A stretch of DNA of 64,000 bases from Chiloscyllium plagiosum (GCF_004010195.1 NC_057719.1:15891860-15955859), one strand, 5' to 3'. Counted from the stretch's first letter, positions 12,999-24,639 are shown. Numbers and translations are program-made. The notes: generated by a model from the letters alone, not told the origin.

Positions 12999-14293
12999 GT
13001 GCAAAGTTAAAAAATCACACAACACAAGGTTATAGTCCAACAGGTTTAATTGGAAGCACTAGTTTTCTGAGCGCTGCTCCTTCATCAGGTGGTTGTGGAG
13101 TATAAGATTGTAAGACACAGAATTTATAGCAAAGGTTTACGGTGTGATGTAACTGAAATTGTATATTGAAAAAGACCTGGATTGTTTGTTAAGTCTCTCA
13201 TCTTTTAGAATGATCATGTTGGTTTCGTGGTTTAGAGATGCTGGTGTTGGACTGGGGTATACAAAGTTAAAAATCACACAACTCCAGGTTATAGTCCAAC
13301 AGGTTTAATTGGAAGCACACTAGCTTTTGGAGCACCGCTCCTTCATCAGGTGGTTTCAGTACTTTCATATGTAAATTTCAAAACTTTTTTAAAAGTTACA
13401 TTCCCAAGTGAACTTTAACAGTTGGTGTCAAGTTGGCCCAGATAATGCTTTGAAGGTGTGAGCTACCCTGTGTGAGGCTGTCGGTGCCAGAATGGTCAGA
13501 CTGATTCTAATCTAAAAAACAGATTTACAGAATCTTCCATGGATTCATGCAGTATTTGAGCAAACACACACACACACAGACACGCTCACACACAAACTCC
13601 TACACACACAAATACTCCCACAGACACACAAACTCATGCAGACACTCTCCTGTACGCTCACACATACACTCCCACACACACACACGCACCCTCTCGCAGG
13701 CTTATACCCCTTTAAACTCACACTCACATACATACACATACTCCCTCACAGACACCCATAACCCCTCCCCACACACGCACCCACATGCACGCAGGTTTGT
13801 GGGGTGAATCTGTACCTGCAGAATTACATTTTACTTTGCTCAAAAACTCCATGAATCCATGTAAGATTCTGTTTTTAGATTAGAATCAGTTTGACTATTG
13901 TGGCACAGTCAGCCTCACACAGGGCACCTCACATTATCTGGGCCAACATGATACCAATTGTTAAAGTTCACTTGAGAACTTTAAGTTTTTTTTAAGTTTT
14001 TTAAAAAATATTTTACGATTTATATATGAAAGAACTGAAACCAACGTGGTCATTCTAATAGACAAGAGACTTAACAAAAAATCCAGGTCTTTTTCAATAT
14101 ATAATTTCTGTTATATCACACTGTAAACTTTTGCTATAAATTCTGTGTCTTACAATCTTATACTCCACAACCACCTGATTAAAGAGCAGCGCTCCGAAAG
14201 CTAGTGCTTCCAATTAAACCTGTTGGACTATAACCGGGTGTTGTGTGATTTTACCTTTGTACATCCCGATCCAACACCAGCATTTCCAAATCA
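12999..14293. mobile_element. Palindromic Penelope-derived insertion with hammerhead motifs in both arms
   Basis: 13004-13564 is the reverse complement of about 13835-14260, with a CA-rich spacer. TSD TAAGTGAGAA at 12989-12998 and 14294-14303. An extra terminal copy lies at about 13227-13352. Confidence 0.8.
13563..13792 (+). repeat. Degenerate (CA)n-rich microsatellite
   Basis: Seen directly in the sequence. Confidence 0.9.
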
Positions 14294-14812
14294 TAAGTGA
14301 GAATGAATTTCTTCTGTATTCTGACCGTAGTGAAATCAAAAGGGCAGTCTTTATAAATTTGTTTACAGTTCCTTCACATAGAGAATTAAAAAATCCTGTA
14401 TTTTATCTATATCTGCAAAATTCCCCAAAATGATTCATCCAAATTATTAGTCATTACTGTAAAGTATATGTGGTAGACAGATTTCTTACAACAAAATTCC
14501 AGGGACAGCAACAAAATAAGGAGAAATTCCATTTTGAGTTGAAGTGAGGAATGAGTTTTGTGGTGTCTGGTCTACCATTGCTTGGTGCAAGATTTTGTTC
14601 TCTAACTCAAACTTGGTAAGTGGGATCTTGGGCATCTTTTTTTGAGATTGCATGGTCAGAGGGTTGGAAATATTGGTCAATGCTGGAGCTTTCCAGAATT
14701 CTCACTGTTGGCACCTTACATAAAATCCAAATACACCCAACTTCAAATATTGCATGCCAAGATCATCCTCACACACTGTTGCTTGAGCTTTGACATTCCA
14801 GAAAGGCCTAGA

Positions 14813-15031
14813 ATGAAAAATAAGCTTGTACCTGCTTCATGAAAAAAGACTTGGAGATCTCGGTAGACAACATGATGGCAATGAGGATAGCCATGTTTCC
14901 TGTGGATTGCTACAGGAGACCATGCTTTCAGAGCAACCCACCTTGGATCCACATTGCAGGCTGTATCCTGGGTGAAGCACAATGCCCAATGGTGCAGGTG
15001 GAAGGTCAATGACCTTCTGTCCTCCACATGG
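14813..15031 (+). pseudogene. Decayed Myb/SANT-like exon (Harbinger type)
   Basis: MKNKLVP/FMKKDLEISVDNMMAMRIAMFPVDCYRRP...W.HIA/AVSWVKHNAQWCRWKVNDLLSS, with frameshifts, followed by GT. Confidence 0.62.
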
Positions 15032-15557
15032 GTATTTGCTGCTTTCTTCTCTTTGCTACCTCACACTCGTAGGGTTACCACCCCTCTACCTTTGCCAAAG
15101 TACATGCCTCTCACCAAGATCATTGACTACAACTTTCACTGTTGCATGCATCACATCCAATCAACAGCTTTCATCCAATTTATCCTCCTAAACTACAAAC
15201 CTTTATGCCATCCATGCTTCCCAATCATTTGCTGAGGATGCCTGGCCACTTCTCCTGCTTGTGCATCAGTCTTAACTAACCATCCTTCAATTTCTTCACA
15301 ATCCATTCCTCCCTTTGTCTCATTATAAAAAAGCTGGGCCCATTCCCTGCCAAAAGTGATGTCTCAACAGCATCCCAGTCGATTTATCTGTGGTCCCTGA
15401 AAGGTTCTCATTCTGAAGCCACTTTTCAAGCCTTTAACCCTTGGCACATGACCTGACCAACCTCTCCTTGGGTGTTAAAATTCTCTGCTAAATTTACAAT
15501 ATATATTTTTGTTCAATTTATTTAAACTAAAATGAAATGTTTTCTATTTATCCTCAG

Positions 15558-15713
15558 CCTCGGGCTAAAGTTACTTTGCGCAAGTTCAATGAAGATTTCA
15601 CTTTGCATAAAACGAAAAGATTTCCAGAATTTTATTTCCCAGATGTACGGTTTATTCCAAATGGAATGTTTATGTACCCAACCACATACACTCTGTATGT
15701 GTTTGGATCACAG
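15558..15713 (+). CDS. CATSPERB: CATSPERB internal exon (156 bp, phase 0 to 0)
   Basis: tttatcctcag|cct...cag|gtgaag. Encodes KRFPEFYFPDVRFIPNGMFMYPTTYTLYVFGSQ, resembling KFPIFRFP....PVGMVFHPRSHFLYAYGNQ. Confidence 0.9.
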
Positions 15714-16228
15714 GTGAAGAATACATGTAAATTTATTTTTGTTGTTTGGAGTTCTAAAAGTAACGCACAATTATTTTCATTAATTGTTGAAATTAGATTG
15801 GCAGGTTGTCAAAATAGGTTGTACAAAACAGGTTGTTAAAGAAAAACATTGACAAGAGGCTGCCATGGCTGAAAATAACATTTAAACAAAGTAATAGCTG
15901 GTAAATGAAAAGAAAGTCAGAAATTAAACATAAATGCTGAAAATGCTCAGCAAAGACCAAAGATATCTTTTGGGAGAGAAACAGATTTAATTTGTCAGTG
16001 TGACTGAAGAGAAATGAAGTTGGGTTCACTGATGAAAATCTATGATGAAGCAAAATTTTGAAAGAGAATGGTTAGCTGGAGTGAGAGTGCTTAAGAAAGG
16101 AAGGTTTTAAATTCGATCATAAGAATGTGTAGGACAGTTGAGCTAAGGTACTTTTAAAAATTAGGCTTGTGTGATAATAGAATTTGTAAGCACACAACAG
16201 TTTTGTAAATGGAAGGTCATGGCATAAG

Positions 16229-19130
16229 TGAAATAATTCCATCAAAGGACAGCTTCCCATCACCAACTTACCCTTTATTTATATGTGGAAAGTCCTTGGC
16301 ACTAATCCAGCTTCCTCAAAGCCACCTCTCCGAGTTACCAGAACTTAAGACCATAAGACATAGCAACAGACATTAAGCCATTCAGTCCATTGGGTCTGCT
16401 TCACCATTCAATCATGGCTGTTTCTCAACTCTGTTCTCCCGCTTTCTCCTCGTAGTCCTTGAGCCCCTTCACAATAAAGAACATATCAATCAAGAATCTC
16501 CGTCTTAACTATACTCAATGAGCTGACCCCCACAGCACTGTGTGGCAGTGAATTCCATAGATTCACCACTCTGGCAGAAAAAGTATCTTTTTATCTCCAT
16601 TCTGAAAGGTCTTCCCTTTACTCTAAAGATCGGGTCCTAGTCTCTCCTTCCAATGGAAACATCTTCCCAACATCCACTCTGTCCAGTCCATTCAGTATTT
16701 GTAAATTTCAATTAAATTTCTCCTCATCCTTCCAACCTCCATCAAGTGTAGACCCAGAGTCCTAAACATTTGTTATGTGTTAAGCTTTTCATTCCTGGGA
16801 CCAATCTCGGGAACCTCTTCTTAACCCGCATCCTTCCTGAGAAATGGGGCCCAAAACTGCGCACAATACTCTAAATGTTGTCTGACCAGAGCTTATATAG
16901 CCGCAGAAGTACATCTTTGCTTGTATGTTCAAGTCCTCTCAAAATAAATGCCATCATTGCGTTTGCCTTCCTAACTACTGACTCAGCCTGCAAGTTTACA
17001 TTGAGAGAATCCTGGACCAGAACTCCCAAGTCTCTTTATACTTCAGACTTCTGAATTTTCACCCCATTTAGAAAATAATCCATGCTTATATTCTTCTTTC
17101 CCACATTGTACTCCATCTGCTACTTCTTTGCTCACTCTCCTAACCTATCCAAATCCTTCTACAGCCTCCCTGCCTCCTCAATGCTACCTATCCCTCTACC
17201 TATCTTTGTATTGTCTGCAAACTTAGCCAGAATACCCTCAGTTCCTTCATCTGGATCATCAATGTATAAAATGAATTGTTACAGTCCCAACACTGAGCCT
17301 TATGGAACACCACTTATCATTGGCTGCCATCCTGAGAAAGATCCTTTTATCCTAACTCTCTGCTTTCTGCCAGACAGCCAATTTTCTATCCATGCTAGCT
17401 ATTTGCCTCTTATCTTACTCAGCAGCCTCCCATGCCGCACCTTGTCAAAGGCCTTTTTGAAGTCCAGGTAGATAACATCCATTGCTCTCCTTGGTCTAAC
17501 CTGTTTGTTACTTCCTCAAAGACTTATGGCAGATTTTTCAGGCATTACCTCCTCCTGATGAAAGCATGCTGACTTTTCCCTAGTTTACCATACACTTCCA
17601 ATTATTCAGAAATTTCATCCTTCACAATGGACTCCATAATCTTACCCATGACCAAGATTAGGCTAATCAGCCTATAATTTTCTGTCTTTTGCTTTGCTCC
17701 CCTTTTAAACAGGGTGCCACATTAGTGATTTTCCAGTCCTCTGGGACCCTTCCTGACTCTAGTGATTCCTGAAAGATCACCATTAATGCCGCCACTATTT
17801 CTTCTTTTATCTCCTTTAGAACTCTGGGATGTAGTCCATCTGGTCCAGGTGATTTATCCACCTTCAGGCCATTCAGTTTTTCCAGTACCTTCTCCTTGGC
17901 TACCATACTCAGCTCTGCCCCCTCACTCTCTTGAATTTCTGGGATATAACTCATGTCTTCTACCATGAAGACTGACACAAAGTAATTATTCAGTTCCTCA
18001 ACCATTTCCTTTTTTTCCCACTACTATCTCCCTAGTATCATTTTCCAGTGGTCCAATGTCCACTTTTGCTTCTCTTTTGCCCTTTGTATATCTAAAGAAA
18101 CTCTTACAGTCTTTCTTTATATTACTGGCTAGCTTATCCTCATATCTAATCTTCTCTCTCCTTATTTCTTTTCTTGTTGCCCTCTGTTGGTCTTTGTAAG
18201 CTTCCCAATCCTCTGGTTTCCCACTGCCCTTCATCATATTATATGCTTTTGCTTTTGCTTTTATACATCCCTTTCAATAAGTGTGGCGCTGGAAAAGCAC
18301 AGCCTGATAATAAACTCTTCATTCCTGATAAAGAACTTATACTCGAAATATCAACTCTCCTGCTCCTTGGATGCTGCCTGACCAGCTGTGCTTTTCCAGC
18401 AGCACACTTTTTGACTCTGATCTCCAGCATCTGCAGTCCTCACTTCATCCTCCCTGTACCATTCTTCTTTTTAGAACAAAAGAACAAAGAAAATTTACAG
18501 CCCAGGAACAGGCCCTTCGGCTCTCCAAGCCTGAGCTGATCCAAATGTACTGTCTAAATCTGTCGGTGAATTCCTAAGCATCTATATCCCTCCACTCCCC
18601 ACCTACTCATGCATTTATCCAGACGCATCTTAAATGATATTCCTCGGGTTAGATTTTTGCTGTCTCTCCTGAATTACTCCCAAAACTCCAGCCATTGTCT
18701 TTCCTCTAGGCTCCTTTCCCATTTAATTCTGCCCAGCTCCTCCCTTATGCCTCTGCAATTGCAATTATTCAGCTGTGTAATACTGTTACCAGTGATTCTA
18801 TCTTCTCCCTCTCGAATTGCAAAGTAAATTCAATCATTTTATGATCACTGCCTTCTAAAGGTTTCTTCACCTTAAGCTCTGTTATGAAGTCTGCCTCATT
18901 ACATTGCATTAAATATAGTATTACTTGTTCCATAGTGGGCTCCACCACAAGCTGCTCCAAAAAGCCATCTCATAGACATTCCACAGATTCCTTGCAATAC
19001 ACTACCAACCTCTGACACCCCTATTCATATCTGTCAGTCAGGGCTCCCTGATTAAATCAGATTAACAGCCATAATCAGGAAATTCATGTTCTATGAGGTT
19101 CACCTGGCTGACCTCATTACAATCAACATA
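16229..19130 (-). mobile_element. Gypsy solo LTR (16229-16325 and 19011-19130) split by a CR1
   Basis: Both halves match the LTR at 43791-44013 in reverse. 5-bp TSD ATAAG at 16224-16228 and 19131-19135. Confidence 0.8.
16326..19010 (-). mobile_element. CR1 LINE (end of APE domain to 3' UTR), decayed, with nested Penelope tail (18273-18450) and CR1 tail (18473-18640)
   Basis: GSDHKMIEF, KSPGPDGLHPRVLKE and VPEDWK motifs; TAAGAC-type tail. Confidence 0.9.
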
Positions 19131-19954
19131 ATAAGAACAGAGATTTAAGCGGTTAAAGAATTAGAATCATGGCTCAGAAGCCGTTGGAGTAGACTTTAAA
19201 GTTTTACCGAGTGGTATTTGGGGGAGTGGCACTTGGGCCTGGGAACCTGTGGCTGGGTTGAAACATGGAAACAAAACATTTATAGCACAGGAGATCGTTA
19301 CTTGGTCCTTGCCAAAAAGTTTAAAATTCATTTGAGGTGGCAGGAGCCGGAATGAATCCATGATGTGGAAAGCTGAAACCTATTGAAAGGTGGAAAAGGG
19401 TGGCATTAGCAGACCCTGAGGTTTGAACACATCAATTAATGGAAGTAAGAAGAGCTGAAACAAATATTTCTTAGGAGGAGACTGAGAATTAATTTAAAAA
19501 GGAATTGAAGTCAGGGTGCACATGTGGGACAGAGAAGAAAAGCTTCTACTCCTCTAAGGATTTACTCAATCCCTGCTGTCTATACCTGACATATGCTTCC
19601 TTCTTTTCACATGTTGCCAGATTTCAGTTTCGTAAACCTTACATATAGTTCCTTTTTTTTGAAACAACTGCACAGACAATGGCTTCCTATCATTGAGTCA
19701 CCCTTTATTTACTTAAGCATAGTCCACTGGGTGGAGTCAGTTTCTCGAACTGAGGAGATTCTAAATCCCCATTTATATTTTTTATTTTTTTTCTCTTCTT
19801 TATCGACCTCTGGTTGCAACTAGCCAGCTGAAAAGCCAGTTCACCAAGGAAAAGGAATAAAGCCTGCAGTGCCACTGTCTGTAGCCAATCAGCTTAAAGT
19901 CAGTTCCTCAAGAAGTAAAAAAAAATCCCCACCAAACCACTGGCTGTGGCTCTT

Positions 19955-20137
19955 GGCCAGCCACCTCAAGAGCCAGGAACCCAGGGCAAGCTGGCTGTGG
20001 CCAGCCAACCCAATGGTCAGCCAGCTCAAGAGCCAGGAACCCAGGGCAAACTGGCTATGACTGTTGGCCAGCTAGCTCAAGAGCCAGTAACCCAGGGCAA
20101 ATTGGCTGTGGCCAGCCAGCTCAAGAGCCAGGAACCC
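19955..20137. repeat. Tandem repeat, 4 copies of a 44-60 bp unit (GGCCAGCCAGCTCAAGAGCCAGGAACCCAGGGCAA..GGCTGT)
   Basis: Copies start near 19955, 20015, 20066 and 20110. Confidence 0.85.
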
Positions 20138-20169
20138 ATGAATATATATTTTTTATTTTTCAGATTATT

Positions 20170-20512
20170 TTTTATTCATTCAAAGGATGAGGGCATAGCT
20201 GGATAGGCCAGAATTTGTTACCCATCCATAATTGCCCAGAGGGCAGTTAATAGTCAAACACATGGCTGTGGGTCTGGAGTCACATGTAGGCAAGACCAGG
20301 TAAGGATGGCAGTTTCCTTTTCTGAAGGACAATAGTGAACCAGGTGGGTTTTTCCAACAATCAACTATGGATTCATAGTCATCATAAGACCTTAATTCCA
20401 GATTTTCTTTGCATTCAATTTCCACCTGCTGAGGCAGGATTCAAACCCGGGTCCCCAGAATATCACCTGGGTCTCTAGATTAACAGTCCAGCGATAATAC
20501 CACAAGGCCATT
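20170..20512 (-). mobile_element. tRNA-derived SINE, near full length
   Basis: B-box-like GGGTTTGAATCC on -, conserved body, and GGGCAATTATGGATGGG..GAATGAATAAAAAA tail. Confidence 0.8.
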
Positions 20513-20542
20513 GAAGAAAGTTCCCAAAACAGACACACAACA

Positions 20543-20615
20543 GTCGCTAGGTGATCTTGAGCAACCAACCTTCAGATTAACAAATGAATGCACTGACAAA
20601 TTTCACCACAGAGAC
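20543..20615 (-). pseudogene. tRNA-Asn(GTT)-derived pseudogene or SINE head
   Basis: Reverse strand reads GTCTCTGTGGTGAAATTTGTCAGTGCATTCATTTGTTAATCTGAAGGTTGGTTGCTCAAGATCACCTAGCGAC. It aligns without gaps to vertebrate tRNA-Asn, keeps the GTT anticodon and has a decayed T-loop. Confidence 0.8.
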
Positions 20616-20629
20616 GGACCATCCCTGTT

Positions 20630-22138
20630 TATATATAATTTTTATTTTCCCCACACTACTGCCTAACAGCAGTTTATAATTTTCCCAGCACTCATGTTTT
20701 GTGTGTGTGCAGGTGTAGGATAGAGTAAAGAACAACAGGTGTTGAAATATTTATTTGTATTCCACCACCAGTTAGAAAGGAAACACCTGAGGGGCATTCT
20801 CTGTTTGTTTTTTCTTTATTTTTCTCTTTTTTGTTTTTTTTCCTTACCCCCACACTACCACCTAACTGCGTTAGTGCTTATTTTTCCCCAGCACCCATGT
20901 TGTGTGTGTGCAGATGTGAGACACAGTGAAAGACACAAGGTGTACAAATCTTTATTCAATTTCCACCACCAGGAAGAAAAGTAACACCCAAGTGGCCTGT
21001 GGCAAGCAGTGCCCTTCACATCAAAGGGCAAAGCTGCATGATCAAACAGTGAAGGGGAGAGCAGGGATTAAATCATATCGTATGTATTTTTTTTAGAGTC
21101 CTTCGCACGCTGGTCCAGCTCCTTCAGAGCCAGCTCTCAGAGTAAACAGGATGTCTAACACTTCTGTTCTTTCTTTTTTTCTCCTCCTTCTCCTTCTCCT
21201 CCTCTCTCTCTCCTTCTCTCTCTCCCTTTCCTTCTCCCTCTCCTTCTTCTTTCCAATACACGATGTGGGCAGCCAGCTCAAAGTCAGTCCCCTCCTCTGA
21301 TACAAAAAAGGGAGAGTCCTTAACACTGACCCAGATCTCAGAGTGACCAGAACCTCTGACCCTCCTTTTTTTTGTATTTTATTTTCCCCCCCATTCTACC
21401 GCGTGCTTATTTTTCTTTATTTTTCTCTTTTTTTGTTTTTTTTCCTTACCCCCACACTACCACCTAACTGCGTTAGTGCTTATTTTTCCCCAGCACCCAT
21501 GTTGTGTGTGTGAAGGTGTGAGACACACAAGGTGCATGAATCTTTATTCAATTTCCACCACCAAAAAGAAAGGAAACACCTGTGTGGCCAGTGGCAAGCA
21601 GTGCTCTTCACATCAAAGGGCAAAGCTACATGATCAAACATGAAGGGGAGGGCAGGGATTAAATCACATCCTCTGTTTTTTTTTATCTTTTTTTTTCTAT
21701 TTACCCGGGCTCTAACGTACACTCCTGTTTATATATTTTTTTTTCTTTCTTCTTTTACCCGGGTGGCCAGTGACAAACACTGCCCTTAATCTCCTGATTA
21801 TATATTTTTTTATTTTAACCCCCACACTACCACCTAAGTGCGGTAGTGCTTATTTTTTTCCCCAGCAGCCATGGTGTGTGTGTGTATACGTGTGAAACAC
21901 AGTGAAAGACACAAAGTGCACAAATCTTTATTCAATTTCCACCACCAGGAAGATAGGAAAACACCCGGGTGGCCAGTGACGAGCAGCACCCTTCACAACA
22001 AAGGGAATCTCCTGTTTATTTTTTTTTCAGGAAGATAGGAAAACACCCGAGTGGTCAGTGACAAGCAGTGCCCTTCACAAAAAAGGCAATGCAGTGTGAT
22101 AAAACAGTGAAGGGGAGGGCAGGGATTAAATCACATCC
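20630..22138 (-). repeat. Multiple full and partial copies of a ~260 bp poly(A)-tailed element (unit U)
   Basis: Recurring CCCCACACTACCACCTAA..GTGCTTATTTT..CCCAGCACCCATG..CTTTATTCAATTTCCACCACC; the same unit occurs at 40396-40653 on +. Confidence 0.85.
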
Positions 22139-22844
22139 TCTGTATTAGTCAGCCAGAGCTTACTGATTGGCCCAGGTTAACAAGGATCTTATAGTCAATG
22201 AGATCCACCTGGTTCCAATCACTACATTTTTCTTTTGAATAAACTTTCAATGTATTTTGTGATCCAGGGTTCCTGAATCCTGCCATCCTTATCTTTTATC
22301 CTCACAGGAACATGCTGGTTCTAAACTCTGTTCGATTGGCCTTTAAAAGACTCTCACATGTCAGATATGAATTTACCCTCGAATAGCTGTCCCCAATCTA
22401 ATTTCACCAGTTCCTGCCGAATACTGTTATAGTTATCCTTCCCAAAATGTAGTACTTTCACCCAAGAACCAGTTACGGATACAGATACTGTATGTCCATA
22501 ACTGGATGCCTTTCCAAATTCTAAAGTATTCATGCTTTAGAAGAAGCTAATTTAATCAGGCTTTCTTGAGTTAAGGAAATAGTGGGTTTACCAGTCACTA
22601 AAGCATGAAAAGGAAATACTACACGCTGTTAGAAATTAAAAGGGCAAAAAAAAATTGTAAATCAGTCTCTGGTTTGTCCATGCAGACTAAGGCCCACACA
22701 TACATTCATACACAGACAAGGCAAGAAGACACAAACTGCAGAGGTATTATGCGTTGGAAAAAGAGGTGAAACGGTATAGTACTCCTACAATCAGTGTTCA
22801 AATGCAGGAGGTAGAATGGGTTGATATTTCATCATTCCTTTGCT

Positions 22845-23310
22845 TTGATTTGATTTGATTTATTTATTGTCACCTGTACTTAAGTTTACGAGCAGTATAG
22901 GCAGATCGTAGTAATCAAGGACGTACAGATCACAGGGTGAAAAAAAAACCTTAGAGGCATATAGGTTATGTTTCACAGGGCGTACGCTAAGCAAGATCAA
23001 CATTAGCAAGAACAGCATTATTTGAAGTTAGAGAGTCCATTCATTAGCCTAATAATGGCTGGGAAGAAACTGTTCCTGAACCTGCTGGTGCATGTGTTCA
23101 AGCTTCTGTATCTTCTGCCTGATGGAGCATTACTGGGGTGTCATGGGTCTTTGATGATGTAAGCAACCTTTCACCAGCCATGTAAATGGAGTCCATGGAA
23201 GAAGGGTTGGCTTTCATGATAGTCTGGGATGTGTACACAATCTTCTGTAGTTTCTTATGGTCCTGGGCAGAGCAATTGCCATACCAGGTCATTACGCACT
23301 AAGCCAGTAT
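22845..23310 (-). mobile_element. Rex1/Babar-like non-LTR element, 3' end
   Basis: TWYGNCSAQDHKKLQKIVYTSQTI..PSSMDSIY C-terminal motif; GTGACAATAAA + (ATCAA)n tail. Confidence 0.75.
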
Positions 23311-23560
23311 GTGTCAATGAAAACTGATTGCTGACAGTTGCAGCATACTGGAAAATTTTCAGATTAGATTTTAAACAGAACATCTGCTGACACATCCAAA
23401 ACACTCTCAGTTCATATGTGCAAACAACATCTACGAAGTACCGCTGCCCATCTTTGCCAATAAAACTATTCTGTACCATTTGCTCATATTTATTGTCTTT
23501 CTTTGGGTGCTGCCTTTTTTTTCATAAAATATGCAAGTGTTGAACTTTCCATATGCGCAT

Positions 23561-24639
23561 TGTGAACCTTTCGGGGGTGTCAGAAGGCGCAGCTGACTTT
23601 AACTTTGGATGGGAAACAGTTAGGAGGTCTGATATCTAAAATATTATCAGTTTATTTCAAATCAGTTGGTTTTGCTTTCAGGTTTAGTCTTTCCTTTCGC
23701 CTTTCACCTTTCCTTGCAATCCTTTCCACAAGTGCCACTTCTAGGTGTGTACTGAAAAAAACAATTTTAGTTCTGAGGCTGTTGCTTGGCAACCTTTAGC
23801 AAAACTCCAAGGGTTTTTCTAACTCTATTTCTCCAACAGTTAACCCATTTCTTAGCTTAAAAGATTTATTGACATTTACAAACAGTGAGTAAAGTGCTTT
23901 CTCTTTAACCTTTTAAACTTGTATTCCCAAGAATTCACATGGTATAAAATAATAATTATCCAATAATATACAACCAATTTCTCAAAGTCCAGAAATAAAT
24001 ATATATTTCTTATATGCTTTCAATGTGTTTCATTACAATGTAAACATATGTTACAACTTTATTTCTTAACGTATGACAGGGAATAATTAACTAACAACTA
24101 TGTACAGTCCTCCCTCTAACCTATCTTTTACCTTCTCCTTCTACAGTACTAGTCCAATAAAACTCCCAATTAAGATTTACGAAACAAAACTTCTTATCTC
24201 AAAACCAGGCAGCTTTCAGTTTTCTCTATATTCCTGTCTTCTTTTTCTTTTCAGGAGTTCTGCTTCACAGGTTACTGATCAATAAAGGTACCTTTAAGAT
24301 AGCATTTTTCAGACAGTCTTTACATGCTGGCTTGGCAGTTCACCTCCCAACTGTTCAATTTTTCCTGGTCTTATACCCTCAAAGCATTGAAGTGTGTCAT
24401 TGGCTTTTAAGATTGTCAATATACTAAATTCAAACTGGATGGAGTTTGGTATTTTTCGGGGTATAATTAATACTGATTGGCTTAATTCGAATTTGTTTTG
24501 TCATTTCCAGGCAACCAGCTACCTTAACTGCCCCAGTAGCTGGAGCACCTGTTACAATGTATCTTATTGAGAACACTGGTGCTGTCGTTGTTAGCTTTTA
24601 ACTCTCTTCAAGGTACAGTACACCCACATCTTCATAACA
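23561..24639 (-). mobile_element. Long LTR-like sequence (TGTTATG start on -)
   Basis: TG..CA termini, AATAAA on - near 23865, adjacent to Gypsy RNase H. TSD not resolved. Confidence 0.45.

Larger units (their letters stand above)
19660..22226 (-). mobile_element. Gypsy solo LTR expanded by an array of poly(A)-tailed insertions
   Basis: LTR 3' half at 19660-19770 and 5' half at 22140-22226 (TGTAGTGATTG start on -), flanked by TTTTT on both sides. The interior consists of T-tract-led units delimited by CCTGTTTAT-like sites. Confidence 0.72.

Noticed and set aside
13545..13807. His/Thr-rich and Val/Cys-rich ORFs
   Set aside because: They are translations of the CA microsatellite.
19946..20206. 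Collagen-like/repetitive ORF (QEPGTQGKLA)n
   Set aside because: It is a translation of a minisatellite inside a retroposon, with no splice or homology support.
20630..22138. Repeat-spacer-like array resembling CRISPR
   Set aside because: Eukaryotic context, long irregular poly(A)-tailed units and no cas genes.
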